From positions 16,244,001 to 16,308,000 of the forward strand of contig OZ024741.1 of NCBI GenBank assembly GCA_964016885.1: a DNA stretch of 64,000 nucleotides. The letters are read 5' to 3'. Shown here in pieces: positions 28,257-39,191 of the stretch. Source of the DNA: Eledone cirrhosa. Taxonomy: Eukaryota. Made by a program: the position numbers and the translations under genes. The notes under the pieces were generated by a model. It did not search any database, had not been told where the DNA came from, and saw only the letters and a program-made list of their open reading frames with translations. The stretch's first letter is position 1. Every line of letters begins with the position of its first letter.

Positions 28257-28839
28257 ATGGTGGCTGCCAACTCGTTTTCGAGTACGACCACTACTTTATA
28301 TCCATCTAGGAGAACCCCTACCGATGCGCTGAACGAATATGACTTTTTAGTCCAGCCAGCGACTTGAAAACTCTGGTACAAACACTACACTTGTGACAAT
28401 TATTGACACAGTGCTGGGCCCATGGCACCACGTGACGATAAGTGCAGAGAGATCTCCAGATATAAAACAATGCCTGTGCCGTGAAGCTTTTATAGTGATC
28501 AAAGGCACTGCACAAAGCCAGTCCCACTCTCTTAACCAAGATGATATTTACCAAAAAGAAGAACAAGTCAACATCATTGGATACCATCAGAGTTGCAGGT
28601 GTTATATCAGAGTTTTCCTTCTCCTAGAATTCTGCCTTGACAAAGGTTAAGGGGTCACCTCTCCCGGTGATTTTGGATGGCCATTGACTCTTAAGAGCTC
28701 CTTTGCCCTTTGACAGGTTTTGTTTTTAGTCCTGCAGGATGTCCAAAGTCACCCTCCTCACCAAGAAACCTTGGTGGGGTTGCCAGTTTAGTCGCCAATG
28801 ACCCGACCATGAGACAGGTTGTACTGGGATACATGTTAC
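28257..28839 (-). mobile_element. Non-autonomous RTE deletion derivative, copy A
   Basis: An RTE-type 5'UTR motif CTAGGAGAAGGAAAACTCTGAT is fused to the last zinc finger and the 3' end CTCGAAAACGAGTTGGCAGCCACC(ATGT)n. Confidence 0.85.
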
Positions 28840-28875
28840 ATACATGCATACATGCATACATACATACATACATAC

Positions 28876-29484
28876 ATGGTGGCTGCCAACTCGTTTTCGA
28901 GTACGGCCACTACTTTATATCCATCTAGGAGAACCCCTACCAATGCCCTGAACGAGTGTGACTTTTTAGTCCAGCTAGCGACTTGAAAACTCTGGTACAA
29001 ACACTACACCTGTGACAATTATTGACACATAGTGCTGGGCCCATGGTACCATGTGACGACAAGTGCAGAGAGATCTCCAGATATAAAGCAATGCCTGTGC
29101 TGTGAAGCTTTTATAGTGAGCAAAGGCACTGCACAAAGCCAGTCCCACTCTCTTAACCAAGATGATATTTACCAAAAAGAAGAACAATTCAACATCATTG
29201 GATACCATCAGGGTTGCAGGTGTTATATCAGAGTTTTCCTTCTCCTAGAATTCTTGACAAAGGCTAAGGGGTCATCTCTCCCGGTGATTTTGGATGGCTA
29301 TTGACTCTTAAGAGCCCCTTTGCCTTTTGACAGGTTTTGTTTTTAGTCCTGCAGGATGTCCAAAGCCACCCTCCTCACCAAGAAACCTTGGTGGGGTTGC
29401 CAGTTTAGTCGCTAACGACCCGACCATGAGACAGGTTGTACTGGGATACATGTTACCAGTAGCACCAACTGGTGACCTGACACA
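28876..29484 (-). mobile_element. Non-autonomous RTE deletion derivative, copy B (complete 5' end)
   Basis: Highly similar to copy A with the same internal junction. Flanked by (TACA)n on both sides. Confidence 0.85.
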
Positions 29485-29957
29485 ATACATACATACATAC
29501 ATACATACATACATACATACATACATACATACATACATACATACATACATACATACATACATACATACATACATACATACATACATACATACATACATAC
29601 ATACATAATGGCGACCGTTGTGGTCAGTGTCCGATAATCGGACGTGTGTAATTACGGCTTACATGAAGGCAACATACCATATATTGGAAAAAGTTCAGCT
29701 ACATTACGCGGTAAGATTACATACAATAATTCTACATAAGTGTTTGAACTGAAAGTGTGGTGTAAAACACCTATTTATATGAACGATACATACACTTATG
29801 ATTTATGAACGATACATACACTTTAACATATAAATGCAACGTTGTTATATTACATATGTAAAGAAATATGCAAGTAACGTTTTCGATTCAGAAACAAAAA
29901 CATAAGTGTTTGAACTGTGAATATGTTGTGAATAAGTTGTAGAACACCTATTTATAT

Positions 29958-30186
29958 CAAAAAAAAGGAACGATCGACTTTTTTGTCAAATCGGACCGAG
30001 GGAACAATGTTTCCGTTGGTCTTTCCAATTGCTAATACTATCTATCGGTCGCTACTCCAGGTAGAAGGAGCAACGTGAAATAAAGTGTCTTGCTCAAGGA
30101 CATAACGCATCGCCTGGTCCAGGAATCGAACTCACAACCTTACGATTGCGAATACAATTCTCTAACCACTCAGCCACACGCCTTCA
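29958..30186 (-). mobile_element. tRNA-derived CORE-type SINE with a 10-bp target-site duplication
   Basis: A box TGGCTGAGTGG, B box GAGTTCGATTCC, CORE-like GTCCTTGAGCAAGACACTT, and a terminal T run. TSD CTATTTATAT is at 29948-29957 and 30187-30196. Confidence 0.85.
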
Positions 30187-30479
30187 CTATTTATATGAAT
30201 GATACATAAACTTTAACATATAAATACAGCGTTGTTATATTATATTACATTCATAAAGGAATATACTAAGTAACGGTTCTTTTTGTTCTCGATTCAAACG
30301 ATTCAAGAACAACGTTTAAAACACAGTTGTAGAATTAAAAACTAACTGAAAAGAAATATTACCCAAGCTGTGAATAACTTTAAATTTGATTCTGACAGAA
30401 CTTTGTCGTAACTTTTAAAGAAGATCATCGTCTATTTTGAAAAATAAATACAAAATATTAGTGAATAGACGAACTCATC

Positions 30480-33400
30480 ATGGCAAAAAGTACAAGTCTC
30501 CTTCGACCAAATCGCAACTACAACCGTTGTACACAGTGGAGCTACGAGCTTAACAAAGTATTATATGAAGCATACAAACAATCTGAACCCCAAAAGTTCG
30601 GTTTTATGCAAAGGCTAAAAACTTTATGGAACTCCAAACACCCAGAATTAGACTTTTCTCTAAAGCATTTAAATGAACAGGCAAAACGTATCATTAGATG
30701 TAAATTGATACATCTAACGGAATTGAGTGATACTACAAATACAGCCATTGTAGACAACCACCCCACCTCCACTGACAGACAAAGAGAATGGCCAGCTAAA
30801 TCTAACAGTGAACAGCTCACCAACAATTTTGCTGAAATCCATCCCACTTCCACTGAAGAACAGCGAGAAAGGTCAGCTAACTCTAGTAGTAATTGTCACC
30901 ACATCAACAACGAGGCTGAAATTCATGACTCTACTGAACAAACAGAGCACCAAAAACTTGTGGACACCCTACAAGTGATATGGAAAGATATGTTTCAAGA
31001 GATACACAGCCTTAATGTGAGTAACAGACCATACAACACCAGAATCAGTAAAGAACCCACTAAATTGGAATTGGAAGCGGTGAATGAAATAGCTGGCAAT
31101 TATCTGAAGGCTATACGATCTAAAGGTGTAGAAACGACATTTGAAACGCTTAATATGTTGTTATATGTTCCAGCTGTCACACTGCTATCATATAACACAC
31201 ATCTAAAACCACGCAATCAAGATACAAACAGAAAGCCTGAACCAGCGTGGATGCGAAATTTAAAAACCAAAATTGTGTCCCTGAGACGAAGTATCTCACA
31301 CATCGCAGTCGTTATGAAATGCAACATAGAGAGCAACTTCACACGACACCAGGAAGACCTAAAGAAAAAGTTAGAGAGACGATTTGGAGATACAAAATTT
31401 AAAACTTTGAACTCCAAATTACACCAGTTGAAACAACAACTCACAGCTACAACAGAAAGACTAAAATATAAGTCAACAGTACATAAACGACAAGTGCTAT
31501 ATAGATTGTTTGCCAGAGATCCTAAATCAGTTTATCGCAGCTTCGGTGGCAAAAGCTCAATCCCTGTAAATGACACCCCTTCAAAAGAACAGGTTGAGAG
31601 CTACTGGAGATCTGTATGGGAAACGGATGACGGATTCAACAGACAAGCTAATTGGCTAAAAGAACTGGAACAGGACTACTGCCAACATGTCCAGACAAAA
31701 CAATATGACATAGATGGGTCAATACTGGAAACAGCTCTACAGAAAATGTCGAATAGGAAATCGCCAGGCCCAGACCTCATTACAGGATACTGGTTGAAGA
31801 ATTTCACTTTCTATCGGCAAGATCTCATACGGCTGTTTACAGAAACCATTAAGGGCACACAAGAACTGCCCAGATGGTTATCAACTGCCACTACTCTCCT
31901 CATTCCCAAAAATAGCCAAACCACCCTTGCTAAAAATTACCGCCCAATTGCCTGCCAAAACATCATGTATAAATTATATACTGGGTGCCTTAACCTGTTC
32001 TTACAGGATCACTGTGCTACCAACAACATCATAACACCTGAGCAAGATGGTGGAAAGAGGGAGGTGTGGGGTTGCATAGATCACCTACTAACTAACAAAA
32101 TGATTCAGGAAAAACAACAAAGAATCGCAGAAACATGACTGTCGTGTGGCTGGACTATCAAAAAGCATTTGATAGTGTACCTCATGGGTGGATTATTAAG
32201 GCTTTACAGTTAGCTAAAGTCCCACAAACATTGTTAGCTGCTGTTGAACGCCTGACCAAGAACCGGTACACCAATTTGATCCTTAGAGGTGAGAAGGAGC
32301 AGGTTAAGACTGATAAGATACATTACCAGAAGGGCATCTTTCAGGGTGATAGCTTGTCAGAGCTACTCTTCGTTCTCTCACTGAATCCACTATCTTACCT
32401 ACTCAGGAAACAAGGTGGACAAAGAAGTGGGCCCAGAAGTATCTCCCATCTTTTCTTTGTTGATGACCTGAAGTTGTATGGGCCATATATCAATGACATC
32501 AAGAAACAATTGGACCTCATTACACAATTTTCAACCGACATCAAAATGAAATTTGGTGAGTCCAAGTGTGCATATTTGGCAGTAAAACGTGGAAGAGCTG
32601 TGCCCTCCTCTAGAAATCTAGAGATGAACGGCCTGACAATACAACCCCTGCAGTCAGGTGACAACTACAGATATATTGGACAGGATGAGAATGTCAGATA
32701 TGATGGACCCATAAATAAGGAGAGAACCAGAACTGAATACCTCAGAAGAGTAAAGAAAATATGGTCATCAGAACTGTCAGCATACAACAAATACATTGCC
32801 CACAATACTTATGCTGTGCCAATTCTAACGCCAACATTTGGCCTGCTGAACTGGTCATTGCAAGAACTAAGTGAGATGGATGTTAGAACTCGAAAACTTC
32901 TCAGTGTTACTGGGAACTTTAACATCAATGGTGATGTGGATAGGCTATACTTCTCACGCAAGGAAGGTGGCCGGGGTCTAAAATCAATATTAACAACATA
33001 TGAGACCCGGATAGTAACACTGAAGCAACACCTTCAACAGAGGAAAAAGGTTGGCAACCATCTTGCCCAGGTTTATGAGCATAAAAAAAAATATCATTAG
33101 ATTAGCGACTGATCTGGAGGAGAGATATGGAATAAAGCCTGATATAAATCTCTCACCCAGAGAAATCGGAAGATCCTATTCAATGTTCAAACAAGATAAA
33201 AAAATTGACCAATTTACAGAAAAAGTTGTGCATGGATACTTGGGGCGTAAAACACAGACCATAGAGGTGATAAACCACTCAAAAAGCCTGGCATGGAGTT
33301 CCAACAAGTTTATGACATCACACCTTGAGGAATATCTCTATGCAATACAGGAACAAGAACTCCCTACCAAATATCTGCTGCACAAAAGAGGAGGGACAAC

Positions 33401-33965
33401 AGCTGACAATAAATGTAGGCTATGTAAAACAAAGATCGAGGATGTAAGCCACATTGTTGCCAGCTGCGAAAGAATGTCATCTCACTACTACCTCCCCATG
33501 AGACACGATGGGATAGCTAGAACCATCTGGAACGCACTTCGGAAAACAAAATTAACAACAAACGAGGAAGAATATATTGAGACAGATGGCACTAAGGAAT
33601 ACTGGTGGAACCTGAAAATAAAAACTGCCACCAAATTAAAGCACAACCGGCCTGATATTGTTGTTTGGGACCACACATTGAAAACGTGTTCTGTTGTGGA
33701 GATCAGCTGCCCACTTGATGTAAACGTTGTCAGAAAAATACAGGAGAAGGAGGACATCTACGGACCATTGATGAGGAGTTTACAAATCCAGTATCCAAGA
33801 TCCACCTTTAGCTTCATACCCATCATTATTGGAGCTACGGGTTATATACCAACCCGCTTGGACCAAAGTATGACTGAACTTGGATTTGCGGACAAAAAGC
33901 GCAGCTCCCTAATTCATAGTCTACAAATGGCTGCGATAGCTGGCACCTTCAATACTCAAAATTAA
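30480..33965 (+). pseudogene. R4/Dong-type polyprotein (N-terminal Myb-like region, RT, CCHC, PD-(D/E)xK endonuclease) with frameshifts at about 32110 and 33085
   Basis: N-terminal QWSYELNKVLYEAY..GFMQRLKTLW...HP; RT motifs KSPGPD, YRPIAC, WLDYQKAFDSVPH, GIFQGDSLS, FFVDDLKLY, GGRGL; CRLC..IEDVSHIVASC, RHD, RPDIVV..VVEISCP...K..EK...Y. Both breaks lie in A runs. The extreme C-terminus appears shortened. Confidence 0.9.
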
Positions 33966-34099
33966 GAGAAAGAGAAAACATACATATACATACATACATG
34001 CATACACACACACAGATACATACATACATACATACATACATACATACATACATACATACATACATACATACATACATACATACATACATACATACATAC

Positions 34100-34627
34100 A
34101 TGGTGGCTGCCAACTCGTTTTCGAGTACGGCCACTACTTTATATCTATGTAGGAGAACCCCTACCGATGTGCTGAACGAGTGTGACTTTTTAGTCCAGCC
34201 AGCGACTTGAAAACTCTGGCGCAAACACTACACTTGTGACAATTATTGACACATAGTGCTGGGCCCATGGTACCATGTGACCCAAGGTGTCGTGTGAGAT
34301 CACTACTCGACCTGCATACCCTTCCACAAACATCACATGTCGTCGTCTGATGAACACTTATAGCTCCACAGGTGCCTGCTTCCTTCTTCTTGTGCACTCT
34401 CAGGTGACTCTTTAGACCTGCCATGCTCAGACAAACCCTATAACAGGTCTCACATGTCAGGTCAAGCCGTCTGTCAGTGCCTTCGGGAAGGCCAACATGG
34501 ATTCCTTTCCGGACATCTCTTTTTAGTGTCGCGTGCCTTCTTCTTGTTTCCTCAAATAGACTCTTGCCACTAGCCACTGCTTTCCTCCAATACGATCGGT
34601 CGCTAGCGGATGCTTCCCAGTGCTCAC
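34100..34627 (-). mobile_element. 5'-truncated 3' end of the autonomous RTE partner, with three C2H2 zinc fingers
   Basis: WEASASDRSYWRKAVASG..FEETRR...KRDVRK (RTE C-terminus), then CETC..GLKSHLRVH, CDVC..LTRHLGSH, CSVC..GLKSHTRSAH. Same 3' end and (ATGT)n tail as copies A and B. Confidence 0.85.
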
Positions 34628-34641
34628 ATACATACATACAT

Positions 34642-35183
34642 ATGGTGGCTGCCAACTCGTTTCCGAGTACGGCCACTACTTTATATCCATGTAGGAGAGC
34701 CCCTACCGATGCGCTGAACGAGTGTGACTTTTTAGTCCAGCCAGCGACTTGCAAACTCTGGTACAAACACTACACTTGTGACAATTATTGACACATAGTG
34801 CTGGGCCCATGGTACCATGTAACGACAAGTGCAGAGAGATCTCCAGATATAAAGCAATGTCTGTGCTGTGAAGCTTTTATAGTGAGCAAAGGCACTGCAC
34901 AAAGCCAGTCCCACTCTCTTAACCAAGATGATATTTACCAAAAAGAAGAACAAGTCAACATCATTGGATACCATCAGGGTTGCAGGTGTTATATCAGAGT
35001 TTTCCTTCTAGAATTCTGTCTTGACAAAGGCTAAGGGGTCATCTCTCCCGGTGATTTGGGATGGCCATTGACTCTTAAGAACTCCTTTGCCCTTTGATAC
35101 ATACATACATACATACATACATGGTGGCTGCCAACTCGTTTTCGAGTACGACCACTACTTTATATCCATGTAGGAGAACCCCT
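34642..35183 (-). mobile_element. RTE deletion derivative copy C (34642-35097) plus a 3'-terminal stub of about 60 bp (35121-35183)
   Basis: Same sequence and junction as copies A and B, each piece separated by (TACA)n. Confidence 0.85.
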
Positions 35184-35616
35184 ACATACATACATACATA
35201 CATACATACATACATACATACATACATACATACATCATCTTGATAATTTGATCATTTCCTCTATCACTATCTTTCAAATGTTTAATATAAAGAACCAGAA
35301 ACTCTATTACTCACTTACATTCCATTTGCTACACTCTCTCATCAGATTATACCGGATTTTAATGTCACACAGCTAAACTTTCGTTTCGTCCATTTTTTTT
35401 ATTTTCCCATGTTTCGTTTCAGTTATCAATACAAATTTTTTTGTTCAACTTATTTTCATTTTATTATTAAATGTTCAGATTCATTTGTATTTTTCTATAC
35501 TTTTATATTCCCACAAATTTGTATTTTTAATTATTTAAATTTTTAAACATTTAATCAAGGATATTAATTTTAATAAAGAATATTTGGATATTTTTTTAAT
35601 TCTACACATGTTAATA

Positions 35617-36108
35617 TTGTTGTTGGTGTTATTGGTGTTGTTCGTGTTGTTCGTGTTATTGGTGTTGTTGGTGTTGGTGTTGTTGGTGTTGTTGGTGTTG
35701 TTGGTGTTGGTGTTGGTGTTGTTGGTGTTGGTGTTGTTGGTGTTGGTGGTGTTGGTGTTGGTGTTGTTGGTGTTGTTGTTGTTGTAGTTGTTGTTGTTGT
35801 TGTTGTTGTTGCTGTTGTTGTTGTTGTCGCTGTTGTTGTTGTTGTTGTTGTTGCTGTTGTTTCTATTGTTGATAATGGTGTTGCTTTTGTTGTTATTGTT
35901 ATTGTTGTTGTTCAGTATTAAAGTTCCTGATACTGAGGAGTTGTTGTACTTGTTATTTTTGTAGTTGCTGTTGTTGTTGTAGTTGTTGATGATGATGATA
36001 TTGTTGGTGTTGTTTTTGTTTTTGTTGTTGTTGGTGGTGGTGGTGGTGTTGGTGTTGTTGTTGTTGTTGTTGTTATGCTAATTATTCTGTTTACTATTGT
36101 TGTTGTTT
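35617..36108. repeat. (TTG/GTG)n degenerate trinucleotide repeat
   Basis: Directly visible. Confidence 0.9.
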
Positions 36109-36213
36109 TATCTGAATTATTGTTCATTAAATATTTCAATTTAAAATATTTCTGTTGTCATCACATAAAGACATTTAGAAATGAAATGACATATGGTATT
36201 TTTCATGTGAACA

Positions 36214-36308
<95 letters not shown>

Positions 36309-36401
36309 TGAGAGAGAGAGGGAGAGGGGAGGGAGAGAGAGAGAGAGATTTCAAATAAAAATAATTTCTACAGAACTAGGAAGAATGTTTTATACGTTTG
36401 A

Positions 36402-36441
<40 letters not shown>

Positions 36442-36528
36442 GTAAAAGGTAAACAGAAATAACATCACAATCGGTACAGTATATGGAAGGGATATATTAG
36501 GTTAACGCTTGATATAGCAGGAAGAGGG

Positions 36529-36564
36529 TCTTAACGTTTCGGACGCTAGTCCTTCATCAGAAGA
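36529..36564 (-). ncRNA. Minimal hammerhead-like motif (stem III possible only as a dimer)
   Basis: Minus strand: TCTT-CTGATGA-A-GGAC-TAGC-GTCC-GAAA-CG-TT-AAGA, with an AACGTT palindrome. Confidence 0.6.
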
Positions 36565-36707
36565 AAGAATGAGAAATAAGATAGTTTGAGGGGATGGGTG
36601 GGTTGGAATTGGAAAAAATGTCTTTAGATAAAAATAAGAGGTCCATTCATGTCGACATCTCTTGCAAAACTGTTGGTGCTGGCGTTTTGTGTATGATTTA
36701 TTTTTTA

Positions 36708-36811
<104 letters not shown>

Positions 36812-37074
36812 TTAAGGTGTTCACTCCAACATAGCTGTATACATAAGTAAGTGTATTTTGTATATCGAATAATATATGGTATGTTTACGAATAAGCTATT
36901 AAGTTTGGAAGCTGGCGAGGTCAAAGGGAGCATTACCTTGATAACTACCATAAGTCAGAAACGGGCGACAGTAATTTCCCCCTTGCTTCTGCTAGAACTC
37001 GCTAGGTGGCGTCCAGCCACTAGCATCAAAAATTCATAGCTAAAAGCTTTCAAATGTGTATTAGTAAACATACC

Positions 37075-37108
<34 letters not shown>

Positions 37109-37114
<6 letters not shown>

Positions 37115-37207
37115 GAAAGGCTTCTACAGGACTAGAACTGTTTCATCCGGGAGAGATCACCAGGAAGCTCTGAAACAGTTCTAGTCCTGTAGAAGCCTTT
37201 CTATATT
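37109..37207. repeat. Perfect 37-bp inverted repeat containing a degenerate hammerhead (37120-37168, minus); inverted truncated pLTR-like structure
   Basis: Arms at 37109-37145 and 37171-37207. Minus strand: GCTTC-CTGGTGA..GAAA-CAG-TTCTAGTC-CTG-TA-GAAGC. Confidence 0.7.
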
Positions 37208-37413
37208 AAATATATATACTCTGCTTTATATTGAGTACCTTACTTATTGTGGTTACCCCTGAACCCGGGATAAACTTATATATATATATATATCAGTTTG
37301 TTTTGAAACAGCGAGTGAGTTTGAAATTAGAAATAGAAGCTTTCGCCATATTTTTATACTAAAGAAAATTTAGAACCCTTTAAGAAATGGAAAAAGATGA
37401 GTATTGACTTACG

Positions 37414-37490
<77 letters not shown>

Positions 37491-37710
37491 TAAAAGAGAA
37501 AACACAGGTAAGCATTAAGAGAAGGATTTTATCCAGGTATTTACGACCGTTTCATTGGTAAGTCAAACTTATATTGCTATACTGCAATTAGCAGCCACTC
37601 AATGATAATTGTTGTTCACGTCCAAATTTTCAAAATAGTGAGTTGAAACCGTCCATGAAACTGGTTTTCTTAACCACGAACTGGATCACAATAAGCAATT
37701 TTCTACTTCC

Positions 37711-37775
<65 letters not shown>

Positions 37776-37806
37776 AAGAATCAAAGAACTGTTCAAAACA
37801 TTTTTG

Positions 37807-37853
37807 TGCTTACAGCTGTTTCCTCCAAACCGAGGTTTGGATTCTTCGGAGCA
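37807..37853 (-). ncRNA. Minimal hammerhead motif with a U4-to-C core change
   Basis: Minus strand: TGCT-CCGAAGA-A-TCCAAAC-CTCG-GTTTGGA-G-GAAA-CAGCTG-TA-AGCA. (TA)n lies about 40 bp downstream on that strand. Confidence 0.6.
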
Positions 37854-38418
37854 ATTTATTAATGAATGGACAGTTATATGACCTCCTTTTCAGCCAAGAG
37901 ACATACAGATACATATGCAAATATTGTGGGTCAACATTCATTACAGCATTTAGAGTGGTAGTACACACTTCGAGATTACATTCATATTAAAAGGTACAAT
38001 CAAGAATCAAAAATACAGGTTAAAATACACCATGAAAATAAGCGGTTATATAGTGCAAATGTTATATGTGTGGCAAGCACGTGCGTCTTGTTTATATAGT
38101 GTGGCAGAGAGTTACGTGTAGTAGGAGCACTTAGGTAGGTAAACAAGAGTGTTAGGTTGGTTGATCTGGTGGAAAATTCTTTATATGATTGGTATAGTCT
38201 GTGTGTGGAGAAATGATATAAGCATTAAAAATAGTGCAAGCATTAAAAATATTAAAAGTATTGGAAATGCACAGCGAAGGGATGACAAGGACTTCATGTA
38301 CTTCGACATTTTCATGGTCAGGGGAGTGTATTTTTCAGATTATATGCCCCTCACATAATCCACGACAATTCGATATTGAGCGTTTGACAATCCAGTTAGA
38401 GAATCGTAGTCTGATGTT

Positions 38419-39157
38419 CTTCGGAAGATGTATCTACTCCATTCCAGAAACTAATTAGTTGGAAGTGATATTTTAGTAAGTAAGTTAATTTTATAATTTT
38501 CTTATCTTACGTCTCTTATATTATTGTTCTGCAACCCCATGCATTGAACCACAATGTTATTAAGACAAAACCTATATATTTACTAGCATCGATATGCATT
38601 TGTATGTATATATATGTTACTAGATATAAATTCTTTATTATTATCTCCAAAATATTTGTCGAGCAATACTGGCCATGACTGCTACTACAGTAGCAGGCTG
38701 GCCGCTGTCTTATTAACAACCCACTTTCCACCGATTGACCTCGACGTCACGTGTTCGATTCTTTTTGAATTTGCCACGGACACAGAGGCAGTGATTTTCT
38801 CAATGGCTAGGAAGTAAGTCCACGCTTTGCTATTTCCTATTCACTGATTTATTTTTTAATAAGCTTCCAGTGTCCTCGCTTTGCCTGGAAACTTATATGA
38901 GAATTGACTTTCCTGATGACGGGATGTTTCTCCACACCTTCTTCGGAAGATGTATCTACTCCATTCCAGAAACTAATTAGTTGGAAGTGATATTTTAGTA
39001 AGTAAGTTAATTTTATAATTTTCTTATCTTACGTCTCTTATATTATTGTTCTGCAACCCCATGCATTGAACCACAATGTTATTAAGACAAAACCTATATA
39101 TTTGCTAGCATCGATATGCATTTGTATGTATATATATGTTACTAGATATAAATTCTT

Positions 39158-39158
<1 letters not shown>
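38419..39158 (+). mobile_element. Tandem pLTR-like structure: about 220-bp direct repeats (38419-38638 and 38939-39158) with a hammerhead at 38907-38988
   Basis: The repeats are near-identical. ACTTTC-CTGATGA-cGGGATG..CATTCCa-GAAA-CTAATTAG-TT-GGAAGT. The upstream copy starts inside loop II, and the structure ends at (TA)n. Confidence 0.72.

Positions 39159-39189
<31 letters not shown>

Positions 39190-39191
<2 letters not shown>

Larger units (their letters stand above)
29607..33977 (+). mobile_element. R4/Dong-like RLE-type non-LTR retrotransposon, near full length
   Basis: A single long ORF broken by two frameshifts. Bounded by (TACA)n at 29485-29606 and 33978-34099, and ends GAGAAAGAGAAAA|CATACATA. 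The 5' boundary is inferred. Confidence 0.8.

Noticed and set aside
30100-30186. tRNA gene
   Set aside because: A and B boxes are present, but the sequence is followed by a CORE-like domain and bounded by a TSD, so it is a SINE head rather than a tRNA.
37535-37555. GAAA-CGGTCG-TA on the minus strand near (TA)n
   Set aside because: No upstream CUGANGA or stem I partner was found.
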